This document shows positions 14,619 to 30,416 of a stretch of DNA of 64,000 nt, in pieces; the stretch's first letter is position 1, and each line of letters opens with the position of its first letter. The stretch comes from the human T2T-CHM13v2.0 reference genome, Homo sapiens. Position numbers and translations under genes: made by a program. The notes under the pieces were generated by a model. The model did not search any database. It was not told where the DNA came from and was given only the letters and a program-made list of their open reading frames with translations. Location: the NCBI RefSeq assembly GCF_009914755.1, contig NC_060929.1; one strand, 5' to 3'.

Positions 14619-16285
14619 ATTTCATGGGGCTTAGTCATTTAAAAAGTTATGTGGGATATACTTTTCCTGAAAAGGATTCATGGGATATACTTGTACTAGA
14701 AAAAAACTTCTAAAAGATAACTGAAACTTGCATTTAAATTTTGTGCTTCATCTCACCACCCTAGGTGGAGGTCACAAGATCATCCTTTATAAAATGTGCA
14801 TATTTAAGTCCTCAGTTATCTTTCTCTTGGTATTTCATCATATACCTTCTCTTCTAAATACAGCAAGAGTTTACAAAATTAAAAAGAGTGACTATTATTT
14901 TGTTACCCATTTTTCCAGGTGAGTGGTATTTGTTTAAGTTGTACATAAAATACTGTATGAAAGCAGACTTTTTTATTTGCTTCAAGGAACAATGAGCTTG
15001 GGTAATCACTGAACTACAGTGAGCAGTGGTGTGAGGAGAGGAGAGAGTTAATGTCAGTGAGAGCAATAGGATGAGGAAGCAGGCTTGTAAAGCAAGTGGC
15101 TCCTGCTGCACCTGCTGGGCCTCCAGGCATCCAGGCTGTTCACCAGCTCCCAGGAGAAGTCATGGTGATCTGTGACATGAGAGCAGCTGGTGGCCGTCAC
15201 ACAGAGCCACACTGTCTCAGAGCCTTCCCTGTGGCAACACCAAGGAGATCTACCAAACCTCCATGAATTTATCCCACAATAAATTCTGTCCAACGTGGCA
15301 ACACACCAGCTCGGTGGCACTTGTCCAGGCTATCCACTCTGGGTAAAAGACCCCTTCTCTGTAAATGGTGGCTGTCCTTTCGTGTTGGGAGAATAAGGTA
15401 GAATCACCTGTGCAAAGATGCTAAGGCAGATCTAAGAATGGCCACAAGATATAACAATCACTGTTCTCATCAAACTGTGTACCAAGGACCCATCTATGAG
15501 TATCTATTTCCTTTTCTGTTGGTATCTTTTCCTTTGGAAGAGATTTTGCCCAATTAGAGGAGGCTGAAAAACAGAAATGAAGAACAAAGCAAAGCATCAA
15601 GCTCTTAAGGACCACCAGGCTCAATTCCTTTTTCTGCAGTTGAGACAGCAGAGCTCTAGGAAGAGAAAGTGAATTGCCCCAGGTAAAAGGACCACTTGGT
15701 GTTAGGGCCAGGCAGAGGCCAGATCTGGTTTCTGCCTCAGGGCTTTCTCCATGCTATTACTATGGCATTCAAGGGATTTACTCAATTATAAGGAGCAAAG
15801 TTATTTCAAAGACTATTCTAGTATCCTTACACAATGTGCTTTTTAAAAACAGAAACATCCTTTTATAGGTACAAAGAGAAATGCACTTCCATTGCCTTTG
15901 TGAAGTTTTGGGATAAATAAAGAAAAACCTTTTTTCAGCTTACATTTTAGTGCCAGAAGATGTATGAAAGATCAGTGATGCTTCCCCAGTACATTTTCTG
16001 ATACTGAATAAATCTCACACAAATGATTCTGGGTCTATAATAAATATAGTGTTATCTGGGGGCCTGATTTCATAGTATCACTTCAATATCTAACTTCTTA
16101 CAGTAAGGCTCCTTTCTTTCAATTTGTCCTACAGTCAGTTGTGCTCTACAGGGATCATTGTTTTCAAGGCTGCTAAGCCATAAATAACCAAAAAGGAAAA
16201 TGCCCCCTTGCTGTTTGTGACCTTAGAGAAAAGATCAAAGGCCCTTCCATGGAAGTGGGTCAGTCCCCACGGAATCACTACTCAC

Positions 16286-16511
16286 CATCTGTGGAGCAGC
16301 CACTGGTGCCGTCGCTAGAACAGTACCGCATTTCGATTCTCTGTCTTCCCACTTCCAGCAAATTCGGATCAGCCAGGCGGGCTTTGCATGTGTATCGGAA
16401 TCGTTGCTCATAGTGGCCGCCGTTGTCAGAGATGTTGACAGGTGTCCAGGGTGTCCAGGGCGTGGTCTTCTTCAGCTCAGGACACGGGTTGGTGTTGCAA
16501 GACTGGTACTC
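16286..16511 (-). CDS. SEMA5A: SEMA5A coding exon (probably exon 17), atypical TSP1 repeat, 226 nt, phase 0-1
   Basis: Encodes EYQSCNTNPCPELKKTTPWTPWTPVNISDNGGHYEQRFRYTCKARLADPNLLEVGRQRIEMRYCSSDGTSGCSTD(G). Acceptor ccccAG, donor GTgagt. Not in the ORF track but joins both neighbours in frame. Confidence 0.97.
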
Positions 16512-18629
16512 CTGGGGAGAATGCGCAGACGAGTGTTACTATACGGGGTAAACAAAGCAACCTCACGAAGGGCTCCTTTCCTTTAGGGAAAGATAAGGGT
16601 CTCTAAAACACCAGCTCCTAAGACACTCACAGCTACTCTACCAAACTAAAAACACATTTATGTTAAATTAGGTATTCAACAGAATGCTCAGTGTTCAAGA
16701 CATCTCCAAAAGGAATCCCCACAGTCTCTCCTGTGTAAACAATGGGAATGAGACAACAAACTTAATTGCTTGTGGGAAAAAAACCCACCGATCCCATAAA
16801 AATCGTCTTCCTTTCACTTAATGAGTAGCTAAAAGTACCCATTATTCCGATGTTAAGTTTAGCTATTTTCTTTAAAAGATTGATTTGTAAACCTCACAAT
16901 ATTCAGTTTGAGATTAATGGATGTTTTAAGACCTGGGATCACAGATGTGAGGTGTTAGAGTGGTAGGGGAGCCACAAGATAAAATGATGCAAGAGACTTT
17001 TTTTACGTATAAGGTTTCCCATCATCTCACAGCTAACACCTTCAAGGCCCTTCTGAGCTTCTCCTGAGAGTACACTAAAATGTAAGTTCTGTTCCCTCCC
17101 TCCCAGGTACCTCCCTTGTAACCACAGGTAGGAGGATCCTGGGTAGCTGAACATGCAGTGGCTTTGGAGGTCTGGCACGTGGAGATGATGAAAATCTGCC
17201 TGGAGCACCTACTGATTTATTTGACAAGCATTCTACATACAATTGCTGCAGACACAGAGCCCAACAGGAGGGATACAGGAGTTGACCTTGGATACAGTGT
17301 GACATAATTTCTCCATTTTACACCAACGGGTTTCACTGGAGGGAAACCCATACACATAATACACCTAGTGATGGCCACAGGATTAAAGATTTTTAACAAT
17401 GTTTTATTAATAAAATAAGAATTAAATCACTCTTTAAGCTTTATCATAAAATAAAATAAAATAAATTGCTCTATCATTCCTCCACCTCTTTCAGTTGCAG
17501 ATTTTGATACTTATCTCCATAGAGCTAAACTTGAGTTTGGGTCCTTTTGGTAAAACCTTTGAATCTACAAATTCCTTTGGTTTTAGAAATATTCTTGATT
17601 ACTTCATTTCATGCTCTCCCTCCCTTTTCTTGCTGCATCTCTTATCTTTTGGATGTAAACTCATTTATCCATTTTCACGTTTCTCATCTTTTATCTCATA
17701 GTTTCCATATCTTCATCTTTTGCTTTAGTTTCTGGAAGATTTCCTCAACCTTATCTTTCAAAATGATGATTGAAATATTCATCTTCTCTACTACATTTTA
17801 AATTTCCAAAAGCCCTTTTGTGTCTTTTTTTTTGGTTCTTGATTATTCCCTGTTATTGTATGCTATTCTTATTTTTTTGGTCACACTACTTTCTCCAATT
17901 TGAGCACATTGATGATTTGAATACTCTGAGTACTTTGATGAATTATTTCAAGGTTGTAGTCTTTCTCTATAGCTTCTGTATCTTCTAATTGCTGAATTCC
18001 CTTTGCTTTTTTGGATCTCTATCTTTCTTGTTAGATTGTTTCTTCTGTGATCTGAACAGTCTTTGTTTTCTGCTCTGATTTAGAGTGGAGGGCTAAAAAG
18101 TTTAACTGGAAGGTCTGTAGCACAGAGAAGTCTGTAGACCTGGTCAGATCTGGTTGAGATCTTTAAACAGAATTTAAGAATCTTTGTCAGAATCTTAAAC
18201 CTTTCCTGCTGGACTCTTCAGAGACCCCTGAGAAGACTGCTCCAGTGTCTTGCCTGTCTGGATGCTGGAGGCTGAGCCATGGAGGATCTGGGAGCTGAGT
18301 GGAGGAAGAGGGCAGAACTCTCAGTGTCCAGTAGACACCCACTTATCTCACTCTGCCGTTCTCAGTTCTGAAGCACCCAGTTAACTGAGCCCAGTGCTCA
18401 GAGGTCCAGAGACGCTCTGTTTTCCTCTCCAGAAAATAAGCTTCCTATCATCTGCTGGACAGAGCAGGTCTAGTCCCCTTGGTGGAGTGGGAGAGAGGTA
18501 TGGAGGTCTGATAACTTCTTAAACAGAAGTCACCCAATGTTGTTTTGCCACTAACAAAAAAAATGGGGCTGTGGATTCCTAAGCTCTCTGAGGGGTCTCT
18601 GGTGTGCATTGAGATGATTATTTTCATGT

Positions 18630-19150
18630 ATGTGCTGGGGGTCCCCAAGATCCCTCCAGTTTCTATGATTAGATAGCAGGATCCATAGGACTCTGTGTGC
18701 AGCAGTGTTCTCAGCTAAAATGTATTACGGTAAAAGACTACAAAGCAAAATCAGCAAAGAGAAAATGCACATGGGGTAGAAGTGCAGACAAAGCCAGGCA
18801 GCACAACCAAGAGTCCTCTCTCAGCAGAGTCATGAAGGATGTGCTCAGGTCGCCCAGCAGCTAGTTGTGATGACGTACAGGGAAGGTGGTCTACCAGGGA
18901 AGCTCACTGGAGACTTGGTGCTCAGGGTTTTCACCGGGGTCTGGTTGCAGAAGCATCCTTGTTTTGCATGTACCAAAAGTTCAGATTCCCCCAAGGAAGC
19001 TTTCAGTATACACCACATTGTTTGTACAGACAATTTAAGCACAGAGAGCCATTCTTGCCATCTGGGAATGGTAGAAACCTTCCTGAAATCCAGATTCCCA
19101 GATGCCAGCCAACAGCTAGCCTTGCGAGCAGGCCTTTCTAAGAATCACAG
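18630..19150 (-). mobile_element. MER68/MER21-family solo LTR
   Basis: ggggtccccaagat...caaagcaaaatcagcaaagagaaaa...ccttgcgagcaggcctttctaag matches the recalled family consensus. Confidence 0.65.
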
Positions 19151-19815
19151 GACTGGGAAGCATTGTCTTCCACATAGTTCTCCTCTGTTAGACTTGAATT
19201 CATGCTTCTTCGATGTATTTCCAGATTCTACTTTTTAAAAACAACATGGTTCTTTCTCTTTTTTTCTGACTTTGCGCATTCATGCCTTGAAAAATCAACC
19301 CCTCTAACACTGTATTAGTATGTTTCCAGTAGGATAGAAAGCAACTTGTGTGTCCATGCCACCAACTTTACCTGGGAACCTAATACAATCTTTATTTTGT
19401 ACTGTTTTAAATACTCTAACTAGCTTTCTTTACTCACAATGCATTTATTTTTTATTTTTTTTACAGCGGATAACACTCAGGATTTTTGTGACATCATAGG
19501 CTTTTAACAGAAAATATGTAAGGCGATCATCGCTGTTTCTTTGATTTAATACTCTCTAGGCATTCCTCCCGGCCTGCATGATCTCTACATCAACAAATAC
19601 TAGAAAGATAGATGACTTCATTTTCTTGTGTTTATAGCATCTTTTATTATGGCATCTTTTGAATGCTGCCTCTTAAATGAAAAAGCCCCAATGAATGCCA
19701 TAAACCCAGTCATGTGAAAAGCCAGGCACAACGCGTGTGTGATCTCTTTCACTTGGAATGAAAACCACATGACAGGAAAGCCATAAACCCTTGTCTTGGA
19801 CCCTCTGTGCCTCTA

Positions 19816-20262
<447 letters not shown>

Positions 20263-21934
20263 TTATGGGCCTCTGTTTGAAAAGTGCTGGTCTTTAGGTC
20301 TTAACAAATGCAGCATTACCTATAAATTAGTAAAATTCTACATCTTCATAAACAGATTTATAGGATACCACCAATAATTCTTAGGTTTCCCACACTGCAA
20401 ACTTCATTCTTTCTATGGAGATGAAGTTTAATTTTTGAAATGTATGAGGGGCAAATGTGTTTGAAAGCTGGCTCAAGTGTCTGCATTGGCATCTGTGTGT
20501 TGGTCCCAGAGGTGGGCACAGCTCACGGCTAAGAAAGATCAGTTTAGTCTCTTCAGATCTAAGCCTCCAACAACAGTCTGTTCTTATGTTCTTATTTTCT
20601 CATGGTTCAAAATTTAACATGAGACTCAGAATTTCTCCTTTCAAGTGCTTTTTGAGGTTTAATTATGATACATTCACTTGAAGTATCAAATTATGAAATG
20701 GTGAGAAATGGTATGGCCAATTTGTTTTATCTTAATGAGCAAAATCATGAAGTGATTTAATTCTATTGTGATCACTTATATGGCTTAACTGAATATGTAT
20801 GTTACAATTTACTAGAGAACTGCTGCTGTAACTATCCAAATGTAAATGGAACTTTAACAAAACTGCACTTAATACTAAAGAGATAAATGATTTTAAAAAG
20901 GATTTCAGGAAGCTAACTATTATGATTTGGCACCTAAGGTTCTTAATATTCTGGTGCAAAATATGAGATAAGAATGCTTACTAAAGCAATTATAAATAAT
21001 TCCTCCAAATATGTTCCCCACGTATTATGTATTCCAGTCAACAGTGATAAAAGCACTCATTTAAATGTTTAATCCTGCAACCCGGGAGACACTCTGCCAG
21101 TTCTCCCTTACTTCTATGCCAAGTACTACAGTCATGGCTTCCTGTGTTCCTTCTGTCCTCTCCATCTTAATTGCCTCTTCTAATTCAGGCCCCCATCACC
21201 ATAGGCCTGATTTAGAGAATCAAAGCATGTAGTTCCTTAAAGCTTAAGTGCCTATTTATAATTCTGCATCCACTAATAGACTGCAAATTTGTCAAAAGCA
21301 AGAACTTTGTCACGTTTATTTTATATTACCAATCTTGGGCATAGTAACACTATTTGGTAAATGGATAAATCATATTGATTAAGTAACAGATAAGTCTACT
21401 GAGATGAAATTTGCATACATTTGGGGAACAGATTTAGATAGTTAAGTGGGACCTCCTGTTTTGCTGTTTATTTTTCCCTTGAGAAAATTAAAATATCTCA
21501 TATTTCATACATTGCAAGTAAAGTAGAGAGACAGAGACAACCCAAGCAGAATTTTGATACCACATGCTCAGAGTGAAGCCCAAAAATTACCCTTCAAGTC
21601 ATCTCATCCACAACTGAATATGTAAATCAAATTTATTCTCATATGGAATACTTATGGTTTCCATATGCATTTATCAAGTTCTCTTTCAGTAACTAAGCTT
21701 GGCCTGCTGAGACTGAAAGCAATTCACATTAGAGAAATAACAAAGTAATTGAATTGTGCTTGCAAAGAGCCAAAACACTCAAGTATCTACATGGAAGTAG
21801 AACCATGCTCCCAGGAGCTTGTGGCAAACAGAACAAAGATTGACTGGAAGTTCTGGAAATTAGTTTAGTTGTACCCAGTAAGGAAGGTATATAAAGGAAT
21901 GTGGTGCATTCAAAATTATATGGTCACAGAGTGT

Positions 21935-24900
21935 CTTCTGTTTCCCACCAATATGGAGTAAGAGAAACTGGATTAACCCTTTTATCCAAATAACAAAAAG
22001 TTATATTAAATAATGGTTCTTAAAGTACTGGACTTCAGGCAATGAAGGTCAGTGATCACTGAGTAATGGGAGACAACTTATGGGAGACCCATGAGTGCCA
22101 CAACCTACAGCCTTGAGAAGGTTCCCAGGCCACAGCATGGGGAGCAGAAACCCAGGCACAGGCTAGAGACTGAGAAGACAGGTTTGGGAGCTGGAGAATG
22201 CCAAAGTGGCTGAAATTATTGGAAAGGAGAAAGTTGCACAAAATGAACACACCAGTGATATGCAAAAATCACCCATCATGATTTCAATTGAGTACAAATC
22301 AGGTAACAGAGGTTTTGACTTAAAAAATCAGCAAGTTCATGTGAGAAACTACACAGGAATAGGGAAAGATCTGCCTGAAATGATCAGAGGGAACACTGTG
22401 TGTTACCCACACAGGACCAGGAACAGTGCTTGCTTCAAAGAGCAAAACCAAAAGACCTCATAATTCAAGGGTCATTGGTTGGATACCAAAAGGGGCCTTG
22501 CTTCCACAGTGGGGAAAAATTACTGCAGACTAAATGTGGCTTTGATCCCAAGTAACTAAGACTAAAAGCAAGCACCAAAACCATCAAACTGTTTTTACAT
22601 AACTTAATTATGTCCTCAAAGAGAACCTTAGCATATTTTTAGGACAAAAAAATTGTCTACCAGTTTAAATTCACAATGTCTTGCATCCAATCTAAAATTA
22701 CCAGATATGGAAAGAGGCCAAAAACATGACCCGTAATGAAGAGAAAAATCAGTCAATTGAAACTGATGCAGATATGACACAGATGACAGAATCTGTAGTC
22801 AACAGCATCAAAACAGTAATTATAACTGCATCCCATATGTTCAAGGAAGACCTCGAAGAGATAAGGAAGAAACAACTTGCAACATGCCAGCTGTAACATA
22901 CAAAATATTTGCAGATAATTGCAAACGAGACAGTATCTCCCAAGTCATTCTATGAGGCCAACTTTGATATCAAAACCAGACAAAGACAGAAAGAAAGAAA
23001 ACTACATGAATGTAGTTTTCTATTCCTCATGAATGAGTATTCCTCATGAATGTAGATGTTAACATTCTTAAAAAGACTTTAAGAAATCAAACCCAAAATA
23101 TATCAAAAGGTTAACACCTCATGATCAAGTGGCTTTCATGTCATCAATGAAAGACTGGGTTATCATTTGAAATTCAATTAACGTAATTCATCATATGAAC
23201 TGTATAGAAGTAAACTCATGTAATAATCTCAATAGATGCAAAAATTATTGGATAAAAATCAAAATTAATTCCTTATAAGAACTCTCAATCAACTTGGAAT
23301 TCAAATAAATTTCCTAAATCTCATGAAGGATATCTATTAAAAACCTACAGACTGAATCACACTTAATGGTTAAAGCCTGTGTGCTTTCCTCCTAAGATGA
23401 GAAACAAGGCAAGGATGTCTGTCCTTATCACTTTTATTCAAGATTATCCTGGAAGTTCTAGCCAGTGCAATCAGGAAAGAAAAAGAAACGAAAGTCATCC
23501 ATATTAAAAGTAAGAAATAATTATATTTTTACTCTCATACAATATGATTGTCTATGTAGAAACTGTTATGGAGTCTACCAAAAAAAAGCTACTAGAAGTA
23601 ATAAATTAATTTATTAAGGCTGCAGAACACAAGATCAATGTAAATATAAAATATTATTTCATTCCCATGCACCAGCAACAAGCTACCAGAAATTAAAATT
23701 TTAAAAGAACACTACTTATAGTAGCATCAAAACATAAAATACTTAAGATTAAATCTCAAAAAAATATGTGCATGACTTTTACAATGAAAGGAAATGGAAT
23801 CACTACAATCCTAATTATAATTCCAGGAGGCATTTTTGGTAGAAATTAACAAGCTAATTCTAAATTTCATATGGAATACAAAGTTATCTAGAATAGTCAA
23901 AATATTTTGGCAAGGAAGAACAAAGTAGGAAGACATACTTTCTAACTTCAGGATTCATTATAAAGGTACAATAATCAAGATTCTGTGGTATAAGCATCAA
24001 GATAGAAAGACTGAGCAAAAGAACAGAATGGAAAGTCTAGGAATTGACCCACCTGTTTATGGCTTATTGGTTTGTTTTGTAAATGTGCAAAGGCAATTCA
24101 ATGGAGAAAGCATAGTCTCTTCTGAAAATGATGTTGGAATAATTGAATATCCACATGTGAAAACATGAATTTTGATCAATAACTTGTTCCATCTATGATA
24201 ATTGATGTAAATGGATCATAGCCCAATATCTAAAACCAAAGAACTCCTAGAAGCAAACACATGAGAACACCTGTGGGGTCTTAGGTTAAGCAAAAATTTT
24301 CTAAATAAAATACCAAAAGCACCATCCATAAAATAAAAAAAACAATTAAAATGAATTAATCAAAATAAGAAGTTTCTGCCTTTTAAGGATCACTGTTAAG
24401 AAAATTAATGATGAGCTATATAGTCTGAGAGAAAGTATTTGCAAATCATGTATCTGATAAAAAGACTTGCACCCATTATGTATTTTAAAAGTTAAAACTA
24501 GAGTATAAAAACTAACTAATAGAAAAACTGCTGAAAGATATGTATAGGCATTTCAACAAAGATATGTGATGGCAAAACAAGCGTATGTAAACTTAGAAAA
24601 AGGTAAATTGAAACCACAAGTAAACCACTACACATGTATTAGAATGACTAAAATTCAAACAACAGAAAAAACAAAAGCCCCCAAACCCAAAATCGTGTCA
24701 CAGTATCAGATGCTGAGGAGGACACAATGCTTTAGATTTACTCAGCCACCCCAAATAAACACCTGGTGCATGTATTTGGATCTGGTCCATAGAACGGAAA
24801 AAGACTCAATTTTCAGAATGCTACAAGACAAACTCAGTATATGCCAGTTACTCTGAAGACAGGTTGATGATTTAGAGATTTTTAGATATTCCTGGTTTCT

Positions 24901-25705
24901 TTCCACTACTCTTACTAGTCATAAAAACACAATAAAATACAATAGAAATGTTTTGAAAAAAATGTGAAAACAATATTATAACCAAAAAGTTGAGTATTTC
25001 TAAGTAGAAATTAATCCACAATCCCACTGTTTTCTATGCAGTAACTCCATTTCTGCAGGTTTGCTCTATCTCATACACTGCTGATAGCATTGTAAATGGC
25101 ACAAGCCATTTGAAAACTGTTTGATACTTTCCTAAGAAGTCAAACGTATACATATCACATAGCCTACTCATTCCATTCCTCTATATTTACCCAAGAGAAA
25201 ATGAAACACATGCCCATACAAACACTTGTACCTGAATGTTCACAAAAGCTTTAATTGTAATAGACAAGAAACTGGAGACAACTCATATGGCCATCAGCAG
25301 ATGGATAGCTAAACGAATAATCTTATGGAATATTAATCAGCAATTAAAAGAAATGAACTCTTAATATACAAAACAACAAAGCATCTGAAAATAATTATGC
25401 ACATAAAAAAGCCAGCAAAAAAAAAAAAGGTGTGACACTGTAGAATTCTATTCATATAACATTAGGGAATATGAAAACTAATGCATAGAGACAGAAAGCA
25501 ATCAGTGCTTATCTGAGATGAGGGAGTACTGGGACGGGTATCAGGGAGGTGTTGCAAAAGGAAATGAGGAAATGGGTTGATGGACATGTTCACTACCTTT
25601 ATTGTGTCAATGGTTTTATGAATGTATAAATACCTTAAAACTGACCAAAATTTTATCATTTTAAACATGTAGTGCATTGTATGCCAACCATACCTCAATA
25701 GAGGT
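21935..25705 (+). mobile_element. Large old L1M element (5' region, ORF2 remnants, 3' UTR), internally deleted and interrupted at 24728-25068
   Basis: ORF2-like segments (cattctatgaggcca, aaacaaggcaaggatgtc, aaaggcaattcaatggagaaag) and an L1M-type 3' UTR. Confidence 0.8.
24728..25068 (+). repeat. Copy 1 of a ~340-bp dispersed direct duplication, inserted in L1
   Basis: Aligns end to end with 27094-27429 at about 89-90% identity by hand count. Confidence 0.95.
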
Positions 25706-25785
25706 ACAAAACTGTATGGTCTCAGAAAAACAAGCCTCTTTCTAATACATGGTGGCTTCTTTGCTATTTAGAAATTATATCTTCA

Positions 25786-26492
<707 letters not shown>

Positions 26493-26726
26493 TGGTATCC
26501 AAAACAACTATGAGTTTATACATTCCTGTATATAGTAAAATCATCGTAATTTTTTTCATGGCATTTATGTTTGCTTATTTAGGACTGAATATGACCAGTA
26601 TTTGTAGATAAATGCTTCATAAAGCATGCACCATCCATTCATTTTCACTTTCCACCATATATGTTCACAAAATGACACTGTTATCTACCACATAGCCAGC
26701 CAGTGCATTGACTATGCATTACGATC

Positions 26727-26728
<2 letters not shown>

Positions 26729-26770
<42 letters not shown>
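26729..26770. repeat. (TG)21 microsatellite
   Basis: Perfect dinucleotide run. Confidence 0.98.
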
Positions 26771-26773
<3 letters not shown>

Positions 26774-27093
26774 CCTGTGCATGTTCCTCATTCTTTTAAA
26801 ATCACTTATGTCTCTTCTAATCAGTTTCTTTGGTCACAGTGCTTTTTCATGCTGGCACAGGCCTTTGAACATGAGGAAGTTATCATACAATCACCTTCCA
26901 TGGGATTTGGAGAAGTGTGGGAGTCACAGGGTAACTTAGGAGAACTTGGCTTCCAGGACTGTTTCTTACTTACTCACCATCCAATCCTCTGCAAAACATC
27001 TTTAAATGCTTGTAATACCTCCCAACAAAGGCCATATAAGAGGATAGAGAAGCTGATCTCCTAACACCAAAACGCCTTTGCAATCCACAACCT

Positions 27094-27429
27094 TGCTTTA
27101 GATTTACTTAGCCATCCCAAATAAACACCCAGTGCATGTATTTGGATCTGGCTCATAGAAGGGGAAAAGAATCGATATTCAAAATGCCGAAAGACAAACT
27201 CAGTATACGCTAGTTACTCTGGGGAGAGGTTAATGATTTAGATATTTTAGATATTCCTGGTTTCTTTCCACTACTCTTACTAGTCATAGAATCACAATAA
27301 AATACAATAGAAACGTTTTGAAAAAATGTGAAAACAATATTGTAACCAAAAAGTGAGCATTTCTAAGTAGAAAATCATCCACAATCCCACTATTCTATGC
27401 AGTAACTGAATTTCTGCAGGTTTGCTCTA
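27094..27429 (+). repeat. Copy 2 (probable donor) of the ~340-bp duplication
   Basis: tgctttagatttact...ctgcaggtttgctcta is shared with 24728-25068. Confidence 0.95.
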
Positions 27430-28448
27430 AGTAGCTACAGTACTCTCTACATACCTTATCATGCATCATGAACCTTTATTATGCCACTTGTTTGCAAGGC
27501 GGTCTCCCAAGCATGTGAGCTTCCCCAGGGCAAAGCCTGGGATGGATGCGACTTCAGGTCTCACCTGGGTAACTGACACCCTCACTGGCTCGAAGTGGGG
27601 AGTAACTGAGCCAAAATCTCTGGGGCTTTTGAATGGACGCATTCACTTTCAACCTGTAGCCAACCTGGGTTCTTCTAAGTGCAGAAAAGCAAACACATAC
27701 TCCTCTGCTTTCTTGCTCAAAAGTGATGTATGTATGTGCACAACATATATATGTGCGTGTACGTACAAAAATGGAACTACCTTTCCTCCTTACCCATTAT
27801 TTTAGGCATTCCTTTTTATAACAGCCTAAAGCTCAGGAGAATAAGAAAATCAGTGCTGTCACTGGAAATCTTTATTACAGAGGCTGTGATTTGTGGGCAT
27901 TTTGCTTCCATAAACTTACATCTCAAATGAGAAGATCCATCTATTTATTTTATTGTCTCACTGTAATGCCTTTAAATTCTCACTCTCTGAGAGCAAAAGC
28001 CAGGAATTCAGATATCTTTTTCCTAGCAAATATCTTGCAATGAGAGGAGTAACTACTTTTAGATAGAAGCAAATGCCTGTCCTTTGGGAAACGTTTCCTT
28101 CTCAAGCTAACAATTGAAATCGGTGACCTTGAGCAGAGGCATCTGCCTTTTATTTCTAATCTTCCATTTTTAAGGGGAAAATGTTTAAACATACTATAAG
28201 TGCTTGAGAACATGATGATAATTTGTACAGATTTTAAGAGTTCTTATGAGGAACTTTGGAAGCATTGAATACATAACAAAAGTCTAAGCGAGACTGTGTT
28301 ATTTAAGATTAAGGTTTCAGCAGGACTGTCATGAATTTGCCTTTACAATAATGCATGGGGACATTTACCCCAGATTCCTTGAAGGACAAAAAAAAAAAGT
28401 GGCAAATATTGGTCTGCCTTCTGACCAGAAAATTTCAGCTGGGTATGT

Positions 28449-28472
28449 ACACACACACACACACACACACAC
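28449..28472. repeat. (AC)12 microsatellite
   Basis: Perfect dinucleotide run. Confidence 0.95.
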
Positions 28473-29026
28473 AGTCATACATATGCAACAATAAGAAAAA
28501 CAAAATTTAGAAAAAAAAATTCTGCCTATAATAATAGGATTTGTATGGGATGGTTACAGACACATAAACATACTTGTATAGGACCAAACTGGCTCCATTT
28601 TTTGGCAAGAAAATATAAAATAAAATTAGAATAATAGAGTACTTATGGCAGACATAGGGTAAAGCCATACTCATGTCCTTGGGAAACCATCTCATTGATA
28701 AAAATTTATATTGCATTAAAAACTCTTCATTCAGCAGCATAGGCCACTAATAGTAAATAGTTTGCAAAGACCTGATGATTAGTCTATGATAAGTTAATAT
28801 TTTCTGTTTAAATTGATATCTAACATTTTTAAGTTTTGAGCTTTTGAGAAATATAAAAAATATAAATACAGAAACTATAAATATAAATAAAAATAAATGT
28901 GAATCGCATGGCTTAAATATATACCAACTTGCTTTTTACCTGAAAATTAATGGCAAATAATTTAAATACCATTTTCCTCTCCTAGATCATTTGGATGCCA
29001 TTTAAAATTTTTTGCTTTTTAAAACT

Positions 29027-30416
29027 AACACTCCTTAGCAAATGCAAAAGAACGGAAATCATAATAAACAGTCTCTCGGACCACAGTGCAATCAAATTAA
29101 AACTCAGGATTATGAAACTCACTCAAAACCACACAACTACATGGAAACTGAACAACCTGCTCTTGAATGACTACTGGATAAATAACAAAATTAAGGCAGA
29201 CATAAATAAGTTCTTTGAAACCAATGAGAACAAAGACACAATGTACCAGAATCTCTGGGACACAGCTAAAGCAGTGTTTAGAGGGAAATTTACAGCACTA
29301 AATGCCCACAAGAGAAAGTAGGAAGGATCTAAAATTGACATTCTAACATCACAATTAAAAGAGCTAGAGAAGCAACAGCAAACACATTCAAAAGCAAGCA
29401 GATGACAAGAAATAACAAAGAAAGAGCTTCTGCACAGCAAAAGAAACTATCATCAGAGTGGACAGGCAATCTACAGATGGGATAAAATTTTTGCAGTCTA
29501 TCCATCTGACAAAGGGCTAATATCCAGAATCTACAAAGAACTTACTTAAACAAATGTACAAGAAAAAAACAAACAACCCCATCAAAAAGTGGGTGAAGGA
29601 TATGAACAGATACTTCTCAAAAGAAGACATTTATGCAGGCAACAAACATATGAAAAAAAGCTCAACATCACTGGTCACTAGAGAAATGCAAACCAAAAAC
29701 ACAATGAGACACCATCTCACGCCAGTTAGAATGGTGATCATTAAAAAGTCAGGAAACAACAGATGCTAGAGAGGATGTGGAGAAATGGGAATGATTTTAC
29801 ACTGTTGGTGGGAATGTAAATTAATTCAACCATTGTGGAAGACAGTGTAGCGACTCCTCAAGGATCTAGAACCAGAAATACCTTTTGACCCAGAAATCCC
29901 ATTACTGGGTATATATCCAAAGGATTATAAGTCATTCTACTATAAAGACACATGCACATGTATGTTTATTGCAGCACTGTTCACAATAGCAAAGACCTGG
30001 AAACAACCCAAAATACCTATCAATGACAGACTGGATTTAAAAAATGTGGCACATATACACCGCGGAATACTATGCAGCCATAAAAAAGGATGAGTTCATG
30101 TCCTTTGCAGAGACTTGGATAAAGCTGGAAACCATCATTCTCAGCAAACTAACACAAGAACAGAAAACCTAACACCACATGTTCTCACTCATAAGTAGGA
30201 GTTGAACAATGAGAACACATGGACACAGGGAGGAGAACATCACACAGGGGAGCCGGTTGGGGGTGGCTAGGGGAGGTATAGCATTAGGAGAAATACCTAA
30301 TGTAGATGACAGGTTGATGGGTGCAGCAAACCATCATGGCACATGTATACCTATGTAACAAAACTGCACGTTCTGCACATGTATCCCAGAACTCTTAAAT
30401 TAAAAAAAAAAAAAAA
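29027..30416 (+). mobile_element. L1PA7/8-like element, 5'-truncated with a large internal deletion
   Basis: ORF2 endonuclease end ([10 protein letters not shown]...[16 protein letters not shown]) joined at ~29420 to the ORF2 C-terminus, 3' UTR and poly-A. Confidence 0.92.

Noticed and set aside
17495-18100. Long T-rich tract with hydrophobic ORFs
   Set aside because: Compositional artefact, probably a decayed antisense L1; family could not be assigned confidently.
28995-29769. L1 ORF2-like ORFs as a functional gene
   Set aside because: Truncated, internally deleted and interrupted by stops.
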